A stretch of 60,773 nt of DNA, counting the filler. It is 5 parts of 5 records of this genome, joined end to end, with 100 filler letters (N's around TTAATTAATTAA, not from the genome) between each part and the next. Parts side by side here need not be neighbours in the genome. Positions count along the whole stretch, not along the records: positions 9,042 to 30,956 come from SRR31156797_9337; 4 more parts are not named here. One strand, 5' to 3'. The notes below the pieces were generated by a model that did no database searches, was not told the DNA's origin, and was given only the letters and a program-made list of their open reading frames with translations. Below, piece after piece: positions 9,042-19,405 of the stretch. The first letter of the stretch is position 1, and each line of letters opens with the position of its first letter. Position numbers and translations under genes: made by a program.

Positions 9042-9458
9042 ATGACCTTACCAATTATTATTGTAAGTTCACGTGCAGCACTTAGATCAGTTCCAGCAAG
9101 TATTAGACAAGCTGCATATGGACTTGGTCTTACAAAGATCCAAGTAGTACGTGACCATGTTCTTCCACTTGCCTTCCCAGGTGTTATGACTGGATCAATT
9201 ATTGGTCTTGCTCAAGCTATGGGAGAAACTGCACCATTAATTATTGTTGGGATGATCGCATTTATTCCAGATAGTCCATCAAGTATTTTTGAAGCTGCAA
9301 CAGTTATGCCAGCACAGATCTTTACATGGGCAGGACGACCAGAAGTTGCCTATATTGAAAGAACAGCAGCAGGAATTATTGTACTTCTTTCAATCCTAAT
9401 TTCACTGAATGCTCTTGCCGTATATTTAAGAAAAAAATATGAGGTGAAGTGGCAATAA
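9042..9458 (+). CDS. pstA: Phosphate ABC transporter permease PstA (5' partial)
   Basis: LPIIIVSSRAALRSVP, AYGLG, HVLPLAFPG and AMGETAPL motifs. Confidence 0.92.
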   Translation: MTLPIIIVSSRAALRSVPASIRQAAYGLGLTKIQVVRDHVLPLAFPGVMTGSIIGLAQAMGETAPLIIVGMIAFIPDSPSSIFEAATVMPAQIFTWAGRPEVAYIERTAAGIIVLLSILISLNALAVYLRKKYEVKWQ

Positions 9459-9474
9459 GCTACAAAAGGAATAG

Positions 9475-11106
9475 TTATAAAACTATTCCTCTTATCATAA
9501 AATAGATCATTGCTGAAAGTAATGCAGCAGCTGGAACTGTTATGATCCAAGCTGCTACTATTTTTTTCACTGCATCTCTTTTTACATACTGAGTTTTTTC
9601 AGTATTTTTAATCTGTTTTTTTACCTCTTTTACTTTCTCTTCCTCATCATCAATAAGTTTATAAAGTTCAACGATCCTTTCATAGTCACCTTTTTTCTTA
9701 GTATCTTTTTTTTCCAGTGATTCTAGTTCATGATTATATGCTTTTAAAGTCTTTTTTTCGCTTTCTAAAAGCTCTTGCTCTTGAAGTAAAAGTTCATCTT
9801 TGTTTGTTTGAGAAAGATATTCTCTTAAAAATCCTACTCCAAAGATACCACCTACTGCAATATGAGTTGAGGATACAGGAAGCCCTAACTGAGAAGCAAT
9901 AATAACAGTAATAGCTGCTGCCATTGCTACAGAAAATGCTCTCATTTGATCTAATTCAGTGATCTCACTTCCTACGGTTCGTATAAGTTTTGGTCCATAC
10001 AGAGCTAGCCCTAAAGCGATACCTATAGCACCAACAGCCATTACCCAAAGAGGGATCCCAGCTTTTGGTGATATCCCTCCACTTATCACAGCATCATTAA
10101 TTGCAGCCAAGGGTCCAATAGCATTTGCCACATCATTGGCTCCATGGGCAAAACTAAGTAACGCTGCTGCAAAGATCAAAGGGATCGTAAACAAAATATT
10201 TATCCCCGCACGTGAGTTTTGAATTGTTTCACTATTTTTGTTTATCACTGACTTTACTATAAAATATACAACTATTGCAATGAAAAGCCCAAAGAGTGCA
10301 GCCACTAAAAAGGTAGGTTTTTTCGTTTCAGGTAAAAAGCTAAAAATACTCACTATCGTAGGCCAAACTTTTTTTAACCCTTTAAGTGTCAAATAAGTCA
10401 CAAATGCCCAAGACATAATCGCCACATAAACAGGAACCCATACCTTTGCGGCACTTATTTTATCCTCTTGATACACCATTGTTTTTTTAATTGAGAATAA
10501 AAATATCGCTGCTATTACTCCACCTAAAACTGGTGAGATCACCCAAGAAGCAGCGATTTTTCCCATCGTCCCCCAAGAAACGATACTAAATCCAGCAGCT
10601 GCAATTCCAGCTCCCATCACTCCACCAACAATTGAGTGAGTTGTAGAAACAGGTGCTTTAAAATATGTGGCAAGATTTAACCAAATGGCAGCTGCAAGAA
10701 GTGCTGCCATCATTGCCCAAATAAAAGACTCAGTATGGTCTCCAAAAGCTGAGATATCTATGATCCCTTTTTTTATGGTATTTACCACATCACCACCAGC
10801 GATCAATGCTCCGCTGGCTTCAAAAACAGCGGCAATGACTATAGCTCCTCCCATAGTAAGGGCTTTTGAACCAACTGCTGGACCCACATTGTTTGCTACA
10901 TCATTTGCTCCAATGTTCATCGCCATATATGCACCAAAAAGTGCTGCAATTGCTAAAAAAACATTATTTGGAATGCCCCCAGAGTTTATAAAACTATAAC
11001 TCAATACCACCACCAGAAAGAAAAGTGCAAACCCTAAGCGAATAAAGTCTATACCGCTTTCTTTTTGTGCAACTTTTTCCATCTTCTTGACTGTTTGTAT
11101 CTCCAT
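9475..11106 (-). CDS. Inorganic phosphate transporter (PiT/PHO4 family)
   Basis: Two GANDVAN signatures, PVSTTH and PVSSTH; AAGGA RBS before the ATG at 11106. Confidence 0.93.
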   Translation of the reverse strand: MEIQTVKKMEKVAQKESGIDFIRLGFALFFLVVVLSYSFINSGGIPNNVFLAIAALFGAYMAMNIGANDVANNVGPAVGSKALTMGGAIVIAAVFEASGALIAGGDVVNTIKKGIIDISAFGDHTESFIWAMMAALLAAAIWLNLATYFKAPVSTTHSIVGGVMGAGIAAAGFSIVSWGTMGKIAASWVISPVLGGVIAAIFLFSIKKTMVYQEDKISAAKVWVPVYVAIMSWAFVTYLTLKGLKKVWPTIVSIFSFLPETKKPTFLVAALFGLFIAIVVYFIVKSVINKNSETIQNSRAGINILFTIPLIFAAALLSFAHGANDVANAIGPLAAINDAVISGGISPKAGIPLWVMAVGAIGIALGLALYGPKLIRTVGSEITELDQMRAFSVAMAAAITVIIASQLGLPVSSTHIAVGGIFGVGFLREYLSQTNKDELLLQEQELLESEKKTLKAYNHELESLEKKDTKKKGDYERIVELYKLIDDEEEKVKEVKKQIKNTEKTQYVKRDAVKKIVAAWIITVPAAALLSAMIYFMIRGIVL

Positions 11107-11115
11107 AAAAATCCT

Positions 11116-11133
11116 TTGTAACCATCTTGTAAC
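11116..11133 (+). promoter_or_regulatory. PHO-box-like direct repeat over the pit transcription start
   Basis: TTGTAAC-CATC-TTGTAAC (11-bp period) between the pit -10 (TATTCT, 11140-11145 minus) and its RBS. Confidence 0.7.
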
Positions 11134-11266
11134 TTTTAAAGAATACAATACTACAGATACTTTTATTAAATCAGTGATGGTATAAAATGGGTTATTTATA
11201 GGGTTTTAACTTATAATATAACTAATATCAATAAATAATTTTCAATTTTTTTACAAACTTTTTTAC

Positions 11267-11300
11267 CTGTAACCATCTTGTAATTAAAAGAGTGTAGAAT
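11267..11300 (+). promoter_or_regulatory. PHO-box-like repeat and -10 element of the pstB promoter
   Basis: CTGTAAC-CATC-TTGTAAT lies 10 nt upstream of TAGAAT, the geometry of PhoB-activated promoters. Confidence 0.75.
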
Positions 11301-11334
11301 TCATGCGTTTAAAATCACTTATAAAGAGAAATTA

Positions 11335-12102
11335 ATGGGAAAAAATATAACAAAAATAGATGTAAAAAACCTCAATTTATGGTATGGTTCAAAACATGCT
11401 TTACATGATCTGAACATTGAACTTTATCAAAACCAAATTACTGCTCTAATCGGACCATCTGGTTGTGGAAAATCAACTTTTCTTAGATGCCTTAATAGAA
11501 TGAACGATTTAGTAAGTAGTGCGAGAATTGAAGGTGAAGTTATCATTGATGGACAAAACGTTTACGACAAAGAAGTTGATGAAGTAAGTGTTAGAAAAAG
11601 AGTTGGTATGGTTTTTCAACAGCCAAATCCTTTTCCAAAATCTATCTATGAAAATGTTGCTTATGCACCACTTAAACATGGTATCGTAAAAAAAGGAAGT
11701 GCATGCGATGACCTAGTAGAGGAATCACTCATCGGTGCTGGTATTTGGGAAGAGGTAAAAGATATCTTAAACCAACCAGGAACTGGTCTATCAGGTGGAC
11801 AACAACAAAGATTATGTATCGCTAGAACAATTGCAGTAAAACCTGATATTGTTTTAATGGATGAACCAACATCTGCACTTGATCCAATCTCAACTGAGAA
11901 GATCGAAGCACTAATGTTAGAATTAAAGAAAAAATTTACTATTGTAACTGTAACTCATAATATGCAGCAAGCTGCAAGGATTGCAGATATGACAGCATTT
12001 TTCCACCTTGGTGACTTAATTGAATATGATGAAACAGAAAAAATCTTTATCAATCCAAAAGAGAAGAAAACGGAAGATTATATCACTGGTAGATTTGGAT
12101 AG
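11335..12102 (+). CDS. pstB: Phosphate ABC transporter ATP-binding protein
   Basis: [28 protein letters not shown] and C-terminal YITGRFG. Confidence 0.97.
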   Translation: MGKNITKIDVKNLNLWYGSKHALHDLNIELYQNQITALIGPSGCGKSTFLRCLNRMNDLVSSARIEGEVIIDGQNVYDKEVDEVSVRKRVGMVFQQPNPFPKSIYENVAYAPLKHGIVKKGSACDDLVEESLIGAGIWEEVKDILNQPGTGLSGGQQQRLCIARTIAVKPDIVLMDEPTSALDPISTEKIEALMLELKKKFTIVTVTHNMQQAARIADMTAFFHLGDLIEYDETEKIFINPKEKKTEDYITGRFG

Positions 12103-12111
12103 GAGTCTATA

Positions 12112-12774
12112 ATGTTACAAAACTTTAATGAAAAGATGACAAGTGTTGAGAGTGAGATCAAAACACTTTTAAGTGGACTATTAGAAGCAAATCAAATGAT
12201 CGCAAAAGCTTTAAGTGACTGTGATAATGAAAAATTTAATAATGCAAAAAACTCTATTAAAAACGTAAGTAATAAGATTAATGGAATTGATAATGATATC
12301 GTTACAGCTCTTGCACTTCATCAGCCTGAAGCAAAAGATCTTAGAAAAATGATCTCTTATCTCAAGATCACAAATGAGCTTTTAAGAGGGTGTTCTAGTA
12401 CAAGAAGTTTTATAAGAGAATTTCAAGAGGTTTGCTCTAAAGTTGATCTAAAAACGATCAATGAGTATGCGATCCCAATGCAAAAATCAACAGTAGATGC
12501 ACTACAAACTACCCTAAGTATGATGGATACTGATTGTAGTGATGAGATGCAAGAGAGTTTCAATCATGTACTTATTTGTGAAAATAAAACCGATGATCTT
12601 TATGATATGATTGAAACAAAACTGTTAAAAAAAGCTGATAAAGAGAATGAATTTAAAAACTATCACCAGATGTTAGCATCACTTAGACGAAGTGAAAAAG
12701 TAGCTGATCGTGCAATGAGTATTGCAAGCTTACTTCTTTATGCAAAAAATGGTGGTGAACTCCATCAAGTCTAA
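12112..12774 (+). CDS. phoU: Phosphate signalling protein PhoU-like
   Basis: Helical protein with HQPEAKDLR and EKVADRA motifs; directly follows pstB. Confidence 0.85.
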   Translation: MLQNFNEKMTSVESEIKTLLSGLLEANQMIAKALSDCDNEKFNNAKNSIKNVSNKINGIDNDIVTALALHQPEAKDLRKMISYLKITNELLRGCSSTRSFIREFQEVCSKVDLKTINEYAIPMQKSTVDALQTTLSMMDTDCSDEMQESFNHVLICENKTDDLYDMIETKLLKKADKENEFKNYHQMLASLRRSEKVADRAMSIASLLLYAKNGGELHQV

Positions 12775-12818
12775 ATAATAACCTGCTATAATTCTACTAT
12801 TATTTAATAGGGAAGCTA

Positions 12819-13490
12819 ATGAAAGATAGTACAATATTAGTAGTTGAAGATGAACAAGATATTTTAGACTTAATAGAATATACTCTTACCAAAGATGGGC
12901 ATGATGTGATCTCATGCCTTGACACTAAACTAGTCGAGCAACTTTTAAGTGAAGAAACCATTGATCTTATTCTTATGGATAGAAATCTTCCTACAACGGA
13001 GGGGAGTATTTTTGTTCAAAATTTGCGTGAAAAAGGATTTGAGCAGCCTGTTATTTATATCACTGCAAAAGATAAAGACGAGGATATTTTAGAGGGGTTT
13101 ACAAGAGGGGCAGATGATTATATCACCAAACCTTTTAACCTTGATATTTTAAAGGCAAGAGTGAATGCTATTGTAAGACGTTCTAAAAAAGATCTTGAAG
13201 TTCAAAAAGTGCGTGATATCATCTATAAATCTTCACAAAAAAAGTTTTATATCAATGATGATGCTATAAAGCTTACCCACTTAGAACATGATCTTTTATT
13301 GGAATTTTTTAGAAATAGAGATGTACTTTTAAGTAGAGAAACCTTACTAGAAAATGTTTGGGAAGATTTTACTGATGTAAAACCAAAAACAGTCAATGTT
13401 GCTATTAAAAGACTCAAAGAAAAAATCGATCCAAGTGGGAAAAAAGAGTATATAAAATCTGTTCGTGGTGAAGGTTATATATTTGCATAA
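12819..13490 (+). CDS. OmpR/PhoB-family response regulator (probable phosphate regulon regulator)
   Basis: REC domain (VVEDE, LMD, GADDYITKPF) and winged helix (TVNVAIKRL, VRGEGY); pst context. Confidence 0.9.
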   Translation: MKDSTILVVEDEQDILDLIEYTLTKDGHDVISCLDTKLVEQLLSEETIDLILMDRNLPTTEGSIFVQNLREKGFEQPVIYITAKDKDEDILEGFTRGADDYITKPFNLDILKARVNAIVRRSKKDLEVQKVRDIIYKSSQKKFYINDDAIKLTHLEHDLLLEFFRNRDVLLSRETLLENVWEDFTDVKPKTVNVAIKRLKEKIDPSGKKEYIKSVRGEGYIFA

Positions 13491-14868
13491 ACTTCATGAT
13501 ATATTTTTAAGAAAGTTTCTCTTTCTTTTTTCTATTCTATTTTTCCTTTTAGGGATCGTGATCTATCTATGGATCAAACATATCTATATAGAACAAACCA
13601 AAAGAAACCTGATTGATAATATCAATATTATTTCTTTATCTATAACAAACCTAAGTGATCTTAATTCAAAAGCAAAACTCTTAAGAGATACCACTCAATT
13701 ACGGATCACTTTTATCGATCATAATGGGATGATTTTAGGGGAGAGTGATAAAGACCTCCAAGAGATGGATAACCATAAAAATCGACAAGAGATCTTAGAT
13801 GCAAAATTAAATGATTTTGGGCATTCTATTAGAAAGTCAGATACTCTAAACAAAGAGCTTTTATATGTGGCAAAAAAATTCACAATTGGTGAAGATGAGT
13901 ACTTTATACGAATCTCAGAAGATGTAAGACAGATAAGTGATGAATTTCTTTACCTTTCATTAAAAATTGGTTTATTATTTCTCTTTTTTATAGCCATGGC
14001 TTTTTTTATTGCTCTAAAGATTAGTAAAAATATCCAAAAAGAGATTCAAGATATTTTATACTATCTTTCACGGATCAAAAAACAGCAAAAAATAAAGATA
14101 CAAAACTCCCCTTTTTCGTTAGAGTTTCAACAGATTACCAATCTTTTAGAGGATGTATCAAACTCACTATCAAAAAAAGAGCGTCAAAAATCTAAATATA
14201 CAGCAAGATTAAAACTAGCCAATAGACAAAAAGATGATATCATCTCTGCAATTTCTCATGAGTTTAAAAACCCAATTGCTGTCATTAATGGATATTCACA
14301 AACCCTTTTAGAAGATAAAGAACTGAATGCAGATATAAGAGAGAAGTTTTTAAAAAAGATCACTTCTAACTCACTAAAACTGACAAACCTTATAGATAGA
14401 TTACGATTATCGTTAAAACTTGAAGAGGGAAACTATGCACAAAGTTTTACGAAAATAAATATGTATAATACTATCAATCATATTATTGATGATATCAAAA
14501 GTACCTATCCTAATAGAGAGATTATCCTTTTAGGAAAAAAGAATGTAACACTAAAAGTGGATGAGACTATGATCAAGATCGCCATTGAAAACTTAATAGA
14601 AAATGCTATCAAATATTCACAAGATGACGTGGTCGTCAATATAAGCAATAATGAACTAAGTGTCACTGATACAGGAATCGGTATCAAAGAGAAAGATATC
14701 ACTAAGATCACTAATAGATTCTATAGAGCTTCCAAAAATGGCTGGGATAATTCTCTTGGAATTGGATTATCACTGGTTTCTAATATTATTAAAATACATA
14801 AATTTCATCTTGATATTCAAAGTGTAGAGAATGAGGGATCAACTTTTACAGTAATCTTTAAAGAGTAA
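13483..14868 (+). CDS. PhoR-like sensor histidine kinase
   Basis: Two TM helices; HxNRxE sensor motif; SHEFKNP H-box; NLIENAIKY, DTGIG and GIGLS boxes; TTG start overlapping the regulator stop. Confidence 0.9.
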   Translation: MHKLHDIFLRKFLFLFSILFFLLGIVIYLWIKHIYIEQTKRNLIDNINIISLSITNLSDLNSKAKLLRDTTQLRITFIDHNGMILGESDKDLQEMDNHKNRQEILDAKLNDFGHSIRKSDTLNKELLYVAKKFTIGEDEYFIRISEDVRQISDEFLYLSLKIGLLFLFFIAMAFFIALKISKNIQKEIQDILYYLSRIKKQQKIKIQNSPFSLEFQQITNLLEDVSNSLSKKERQKSKYTARLKLANRQKDDIISAISHEFKNPIAVINGYSQTLLEDKELNADIREKFLKKITSNSLKLTNLIDRLRLSLKLEEGNYAQSFTKINMYNTINHIIDDIKSTYPNREIILLGKKNVTLKVDETMIKIAIENLIENAIKYSQDDVVVNISNNELSVTDTGIGIKEKDITKITNRFYRASKNGWDNSLGIGLSLVSNIIKIHKFHLDIQSVENEGSTFTVIFKE

Positions 14869-14878
14869 TTCTATTTTT

Positions 14879-15237
14879 GTGACTATATCGATCCAAGAGA
14901 TTCTTATTCTTGAAGAACAAAAAAGTTTAAAAAGCTCGCTTCTGCGCTTCATCAACTAAAAGGTGTTGTTGGGAATATTGGAGCAATGGATCTGTATGTA
15001 AAGATAAAAGAACCACTAGATCAAGCACGTTTACAAGAGTATGTTCAAACCCTTTTAGAGCTTTTAGATAATGGTGACTCCACAGCTGAAGAGTTTTTAG
15101 AAAAGATACAACATCAAGATATTCCAAAAGATTTGGAGCAAAACTGTGAACAGATCTATTTATATATGGATGATTTTGAGTACCAAAAAGCATTCTCTCT
15201 TGCTCAAAAACTCAAAGAGCAAATAGACAAACTCTAG
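14879..15237 (+). pseudogene. Frameshifted Hpt-domain remnant
   Basis: LHQLKGVVGNIGA (Hpt HxLKG motif) lies upstream of and in frame with the 83-aa ORF; it joins an upstream frame (IQEILILEEQK) only through a shift in the A6 tract at 14919-14924. Confidence 0.65.
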
Positions 15238-15247
15238 ATATAAAAAC

Positions 15248-16360
15248 TTACGCTAGAGGAAGTGTGATCTTTATCACTAGACCATTTTCTCCCATAGATG
15301 CAGTGATCGTTCCCTTGTTTTGTTGAATGATTTTATGAGTTACAAAAAGCCCTATTCCCATACCTCCAAAAGACTTATCTCTATTTAATGGGTCTTGAAA
15401 TAGATTCAAAATCTTTTCATCACTAAGCCCTAGACCATTATCTTCTATAATCAACTCTATCTCTTCATTTTGTATTAATGTGATATTGATCACCCCATTT
15501 TGAAGATTATGTGCTTTTATAGCATCAATACTATTTTTAATGATCTCAATGATCACTTGTGATATTTGATGGGATTGGATCATTGCTACTATTTTATGCT
15601 CACTATGATACTCTAAACTAAATAACTCACCATTGAGATATACTTGAATATTCTCTTTAAATTTATTGTAAAGTAAGATGAGTGAATTTAATAATACTTT
15701 ATTTATATTTGTTTTTTCAAACTTTTCCTCAGTGTTTTGAGAAAGCTGTCCTATACTATTTGATAGCTTTTGTATTCTAGTGATATTTGTCTCAATAGAT
15801 TCTAATTCAACCAATAAATACTCTTTTGTCTTTGAATCCTCTAAAGAGCCTATATCTACTTTCATCATCTCAATTGAGCCTTTAATAGGAGTCAAAGGGG
15901 TATTTATCTCATGGATAAGCCCACTAGCTAGTTTTGACATGGTTTCATATTTAGTATTTTGTTGATTTTTTTCCATAAGCTGTAAAAGCTTTAAGTGAGT
16001 TTTTACCCTTGCGATCAACTCATTACTTTTAAATGGCTTGGATATATAATCCACAGCTCCTACTTCAAATCCATGTACAATATCTTCACTTGAATCAAAG
16101 GAGCTTAGAAAAATAATAGGGATATCTTTTGTTTTTGAATCATTTTTCAATACTTCACACACACTAAATCCATCAAGTTTTGGCATCATAATATCTAAAA
16201 GGATAAGATCAGGTTGATTTTCTTGAACTCTTTGAAGACACTCTTCACCATCCTTTGCATACAAAAATTTTGTCCCTAAAGGTTTGAGTGCATGCATAAT
16301 AACTTTGATATTTTCTACGGCATCATCTGTGATTAAAATAGTCATCTCTTTTATTTGCAT
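15248..16360 (-). CDS. Cytoplasmic hybrid response regulator-histidine kinase (REC-HisKA-HATPase)
   Basis: PDLILLDIMMP, IHEINTPL, DNGLG and GMGIGL motifs. Confidence 0.9.
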   Translation of the reverse strand: MQIKEMTILITDDAVENIKVIMHALKPLGTKFLYAKDGEECLQRVQENQPDLILLDIMMPKLDGFSVCEVLKNDSKTKDIPIIFLSSFDSSEDIVHGFEVGAVDYISKPFKSNELIARVKTHLKLLQLMEKNQQNTKYETMSKLASGLIHEINTPLTPIKGSIEMMKVDIGSLEDSKTKEYLLVELESIETNITRIQKLSNSIGQLSQNTEEKFEKTNINKVLLNSLILLYNKFKENIQVYLNGELFSLEYHSEHKIVAMIQSHQISQVIIEIIKNSIDAIKAHNLQNGVINITLIQNEEIELIIEDNGLGLSDEKILNLFQDPLNRDKSFGGMGIGLFVTHKIIQQNKGTITASMGENGLVIKITLPLA

Positions 16361-16456
16361 CTCTACTACCTTTTAATTTTTAATAATCTTATCAAAGAAG
16401 AATATCAACTTGGTAACAAATAGATAAAATAAATACTATTCTAAGACTTTTATTGT

Positions 16457-18082
16457 TTATACAAAATTACTCGTAAAATGAAACTCCTTTGCATCAAAAA
16501 GCCCTTTATCACTAAGCTTTAATTCTGGTATTACCAAAAGTGCCATAAATGACATGGTCATAAAAGGAGCTGTTAGCTTTGAATCCATCTTTTGCTTCAC
16601 AAACTGATTGATCTTTTTATATTCATCTGCAACTATTTTTCCATCTCTATTAGACATTAATCCAGCTACATTTAAAGGAGTTACATACTCCTCATCACCA
16701 CTTAGCGCAACAATTGCACCTTTATTTTTTATAACAAGATTCACTGCTTTTGCTAAAGAATCATCATCACACCCAATCGCTATAATATTATGAGAATCAT
16801 GGGCAATACTTGAAGCAATTGCACCAGAACTTAAGCCAAATCCTTCAATAAAATCAATAGATGGAGTAGAATCTCCACCATATCTATTGATAACTGCTAT
16901 TTTTAACATATCCCTTGAGATATCAGAGATCACATAATTATTTTCAAGCAAAGGATTTTCATCTACCTCTTTTGTGATCAACTCTCCATCAAGAGCTTTG
17001 ATAGTCTTAATAAGACCCTTTTTATATGGGACTTTAAAATCCTCAGCACTTTTAAAATCACATTGAAAATGGTTCACTATTTTTGCCTTTGTAGTATCTT
17101 GATATACTTTTTTTCCATCAAAAACCATCTCCCCATCAATATAGGTTTTTAAGATAGTAAACTCGTGTAAATTATCCACCATAATAAAATCAGCCGTATC
17201 ACCAACTCGTAATCTTCCAACATCTAAATCATAATGTTCAATGGGATTAATACAAGCGATCTTTAGTACATCAAAAAGATCATACCCTAAAGCGATAGAT
17301 CTTTTTACTAAACTATTGATATGGCCCTTTACTAGATCATCTGGGTGTCTATCATCACTACAAAACATACACATATCTGGATACTCTTTGATAAGCTCTT
17401 TTAACGCTTCATAGTTTTTAGCGGCACTTCCTTGCCTCAGCAGAATCTTCATCCCTTTTTGTATTTTTTCAAGTCCCTCTTCATAGGTATAAGCTTCATG
17501 ATCTGTAGTGATTCCACTTGCGATATATTTATCAAGCTGTTCTCCACTCAAAGCTGGTGCATGTCCATCAATTGGTTTTCCTAATTGTTTTGCATATTCT
17601 AGTTTAGCTAATACCTCTTTATCCTCAAAAATTACTCCAGGAAAATTCATCATCTCACTAAGATATTTAATATCAGCATTTTCTAAAAGCTTTTTGATAT
17701 CATCTTTATTTATCACCGCTCCACTTGTTTCAAAAGTTGTTGCAGGAACACAAGAGGGGGCTCCAAAATAAAACTTTAAAGGAACTCTTTTCCCATCTTC
17801 TATCATATAATCAACCCCATCAATTCCTAAAACATTTGCTATTTCATGTGGGTCTGAAACAGTAGCTACTGTTCCATGAGTCACCGCTATCTTTGAAAAC
17901 TCACTTGGAACCAACATAGAACTTTCTATATGAATATGGGCATCAATAAAACCACATAAGATATAGGTATCAAATTTTTCATCTGTTTGAGTAATAGACT
18001 TAATCTTTTTATTTTCTATCTCAATGATGGCTGGATATATTTTTTTCTGTTCTATTTGAACAATATTACTTTTTAACTTCAT
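16457..18082 (-). CDS. ade: Adenine deaminase
   Basis: GFIDAHIHIESSM, DPHEIANV, EMMNFPGV, DGHAP and HDSHN motifs. Confidence 0.96.
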   Translation of the reverse strand: MKLKSNIVQIEQKKIYPAIIEIENKKIKSITQTDEKFDTYILCGFIDAHIHIESSMLVPSEFSKIAVTHGTVATVSDPHEIANVLGIDGVDYMIEDGKRVPLKFYFGAPSCVPATTFETSGAVINKDDIKKLLENADIKYLSEMMNFPGVIFEDKEVLAKLEYAKQLGKPIDGHAPALSGEQLDKYIASGITTDHEAYTYEEGLEKIQKGMKILLRQGSAAKNYEALKELIKEYPDMCMFCSDDRHPDDLVKGHINSLVKRSIALGYDLFDVLKIACINPIEHYDLDVGRLRVGDTADFIMVDNLHEFTILKTYIDGEMVFDGKKVYQDTTKAKIVNHFQCDFKSAEDFKVPYKKGLIKTIKALDGELITKEVDENPLLENNYVISDISRDMLKIAVINRYGGDSTPSIDFIEGFGLSSGAIASSIAHDSHNIIAIGCDDDSLAKAVNLVIKNKGAIVALSGDEEYVTPLNVAGLMSNRDGKIVADEYKKINQFVKQKMDSKLTAPFMTMSFMALLVIPELKLSDKGLFDAKEFHFTSNFV

Positions 18083-18202
18083 ATGAATCCTTTTATTTAT
18101 CTTATATTATAGTTGATAAAAATAAAAATAACTTTTATATATAAAGAGTGCTTTAGAAAAAAATGATCTCTTTTTTGGTAAAATAAATGTAAAGGATTTT
18201 AT

Positions 18203-18709
18203 ATGGATATTAGTATACTTTTTTTAACTCCTGATGACGATGAAGTTTTAGATTTCATCAAGTTTGCATTGGAGAGTTCTTTAGAAAATGTTCATATTAA
18301 TCTATTTGGGGCAAGAGTGGAAAAAGAAGCTTGGGAGATTTTAGAAAAGAATACTATTAACCTTATAATCTCTGATATGGACTATAGTGGTATAGAATCA
18401 TATGAGTTTTATGATAAGTTACAAATAAAATCAAAAGAGAAGATCCCTTTTGTTTTTTTATCTTCTAAAATAGAGGATCAAGAGATCACTTTATTAAAAG
18501 GCTTAGAAAACTTTCATTTAAAGCCTTTAAATGAGAAGATATTGATAGAAAAAATTTATGAAGTCCTAAAAATCCCAAATGAAACTGTGATCAATGCAAA
18601 AAAAAAGATCATATCAGAGATAGAGGTATTAACCAATGATATTGAAAACCAATTGGTCAATATTCATCAACTTATTGAAGAAGTAAAATCAAAAATAAAA
18701 CTGGTTTAG
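18203..18709 (+). CDS. Divergent receiver-domain protein with C-terminal coiled coil
   Basis: INLIISD, IPFVFLSS and LKP receiver elements. Confidence 0.75.
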   Translation: MDISILFLTPDDDEVLDFIKFALESSLENVHINLFGARVEKEAWEILEKNTINLIISDMDYSGIESYEFYDKLQIKSKEKIPFVFLSSKIEDQEITLLKGLENFHLKPLNEKILIEKIYEVLKIPNETVINAKKKIISEIEVLTNDIENQLVNIHQLIEEVKSKIKLV

Positions 18710-18811
18710 ATAAATCGAATATAAATAATAATTTTTATTTTATGCTTGTAATATGATATTAACTAAACTTATAATAAATTGTTTTTATCAAACCACATGA
18801 AGGAGTACAAA

Positions 18812-19402
18812 ATGGTTAAGACTATAAGTAAACTAACGGTAATGGCATTATTTTTTTTAGGTGCATTAACTTTAAATGCAGCAAAATTAGAGATTGATAA
18901 AAGTCACTCTGAGGTAGGGTTTTCTATCAAACACCTTATGATCAGTAATGTAAAAGGGGAATTTTCAGATTATAGTGCAGATATGGAGTTTGATACAAAA
19001 ACCAAACAATTTACAAAGCTTGTAGCTACTATTAAACCTACAAGTATTGATACAGGGATTGAAAAAAGAGATAATCACTTAAGAAGTCCAGACTTTTTTG
19101 ATGTAAAAAAATATCCTGATATGACATTTACAATGACCTCTTATAAACATGATGATGATAATGAGGGATATCTCTATGGTGATCTTACAATCCATGGGGT
19201 TACAAAACCTGTAAAACTAGAAATTGAGTTTAATGGTATGGTGAAAGATCCTTGGGGTGGCACAAGAGCTGGATTTACTATTGAGGGAAAAATTAATAGA
19301 AAAGATTTTGGTCTTACTTGGAATAAAGCTTTAGAAGCAGGAGGTGTTTTAGTTGGAGATACAGTAAAACTGCATATTGAACTAGAAACACACGTAAAAT
19401 AA
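18812..19402 (+). CDS. YceI family periplasmic protein
   Basis: IDKSHSEVGF, RDNHLRSPDFFD and INRKDFGL motifs; AAGGAG RBS before the ATG at 18812. Confidence 0.93.
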   Translation: MVKTISKLTVMALFFLGALTLNAAKLEIDKSHSEVGFSIKHLMISNVKGEFSDYSADMEFDTKTKQFTKLVATIKPTSIDTGIEKRDNHLRSPDFFDVKKYPDMTFTMTSYKHDDDNEGYLYGDLTIHGVTKPVKLEIEFNGMVKDPWGGTRAGFTIEGKINRKDFGLTWNKALEAGGVLVGDTVKLHIELETHVK

Positions 19403-19405
19403 CAC

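Noticed and set aside
14919-14925. A-AAA-AAG programmed -1 frameshift for the Hpt remnant
   Set aside because: The heptamer is phased in the downstream frame rather than the incoming frame, so canonical tandem slippage does not fit.
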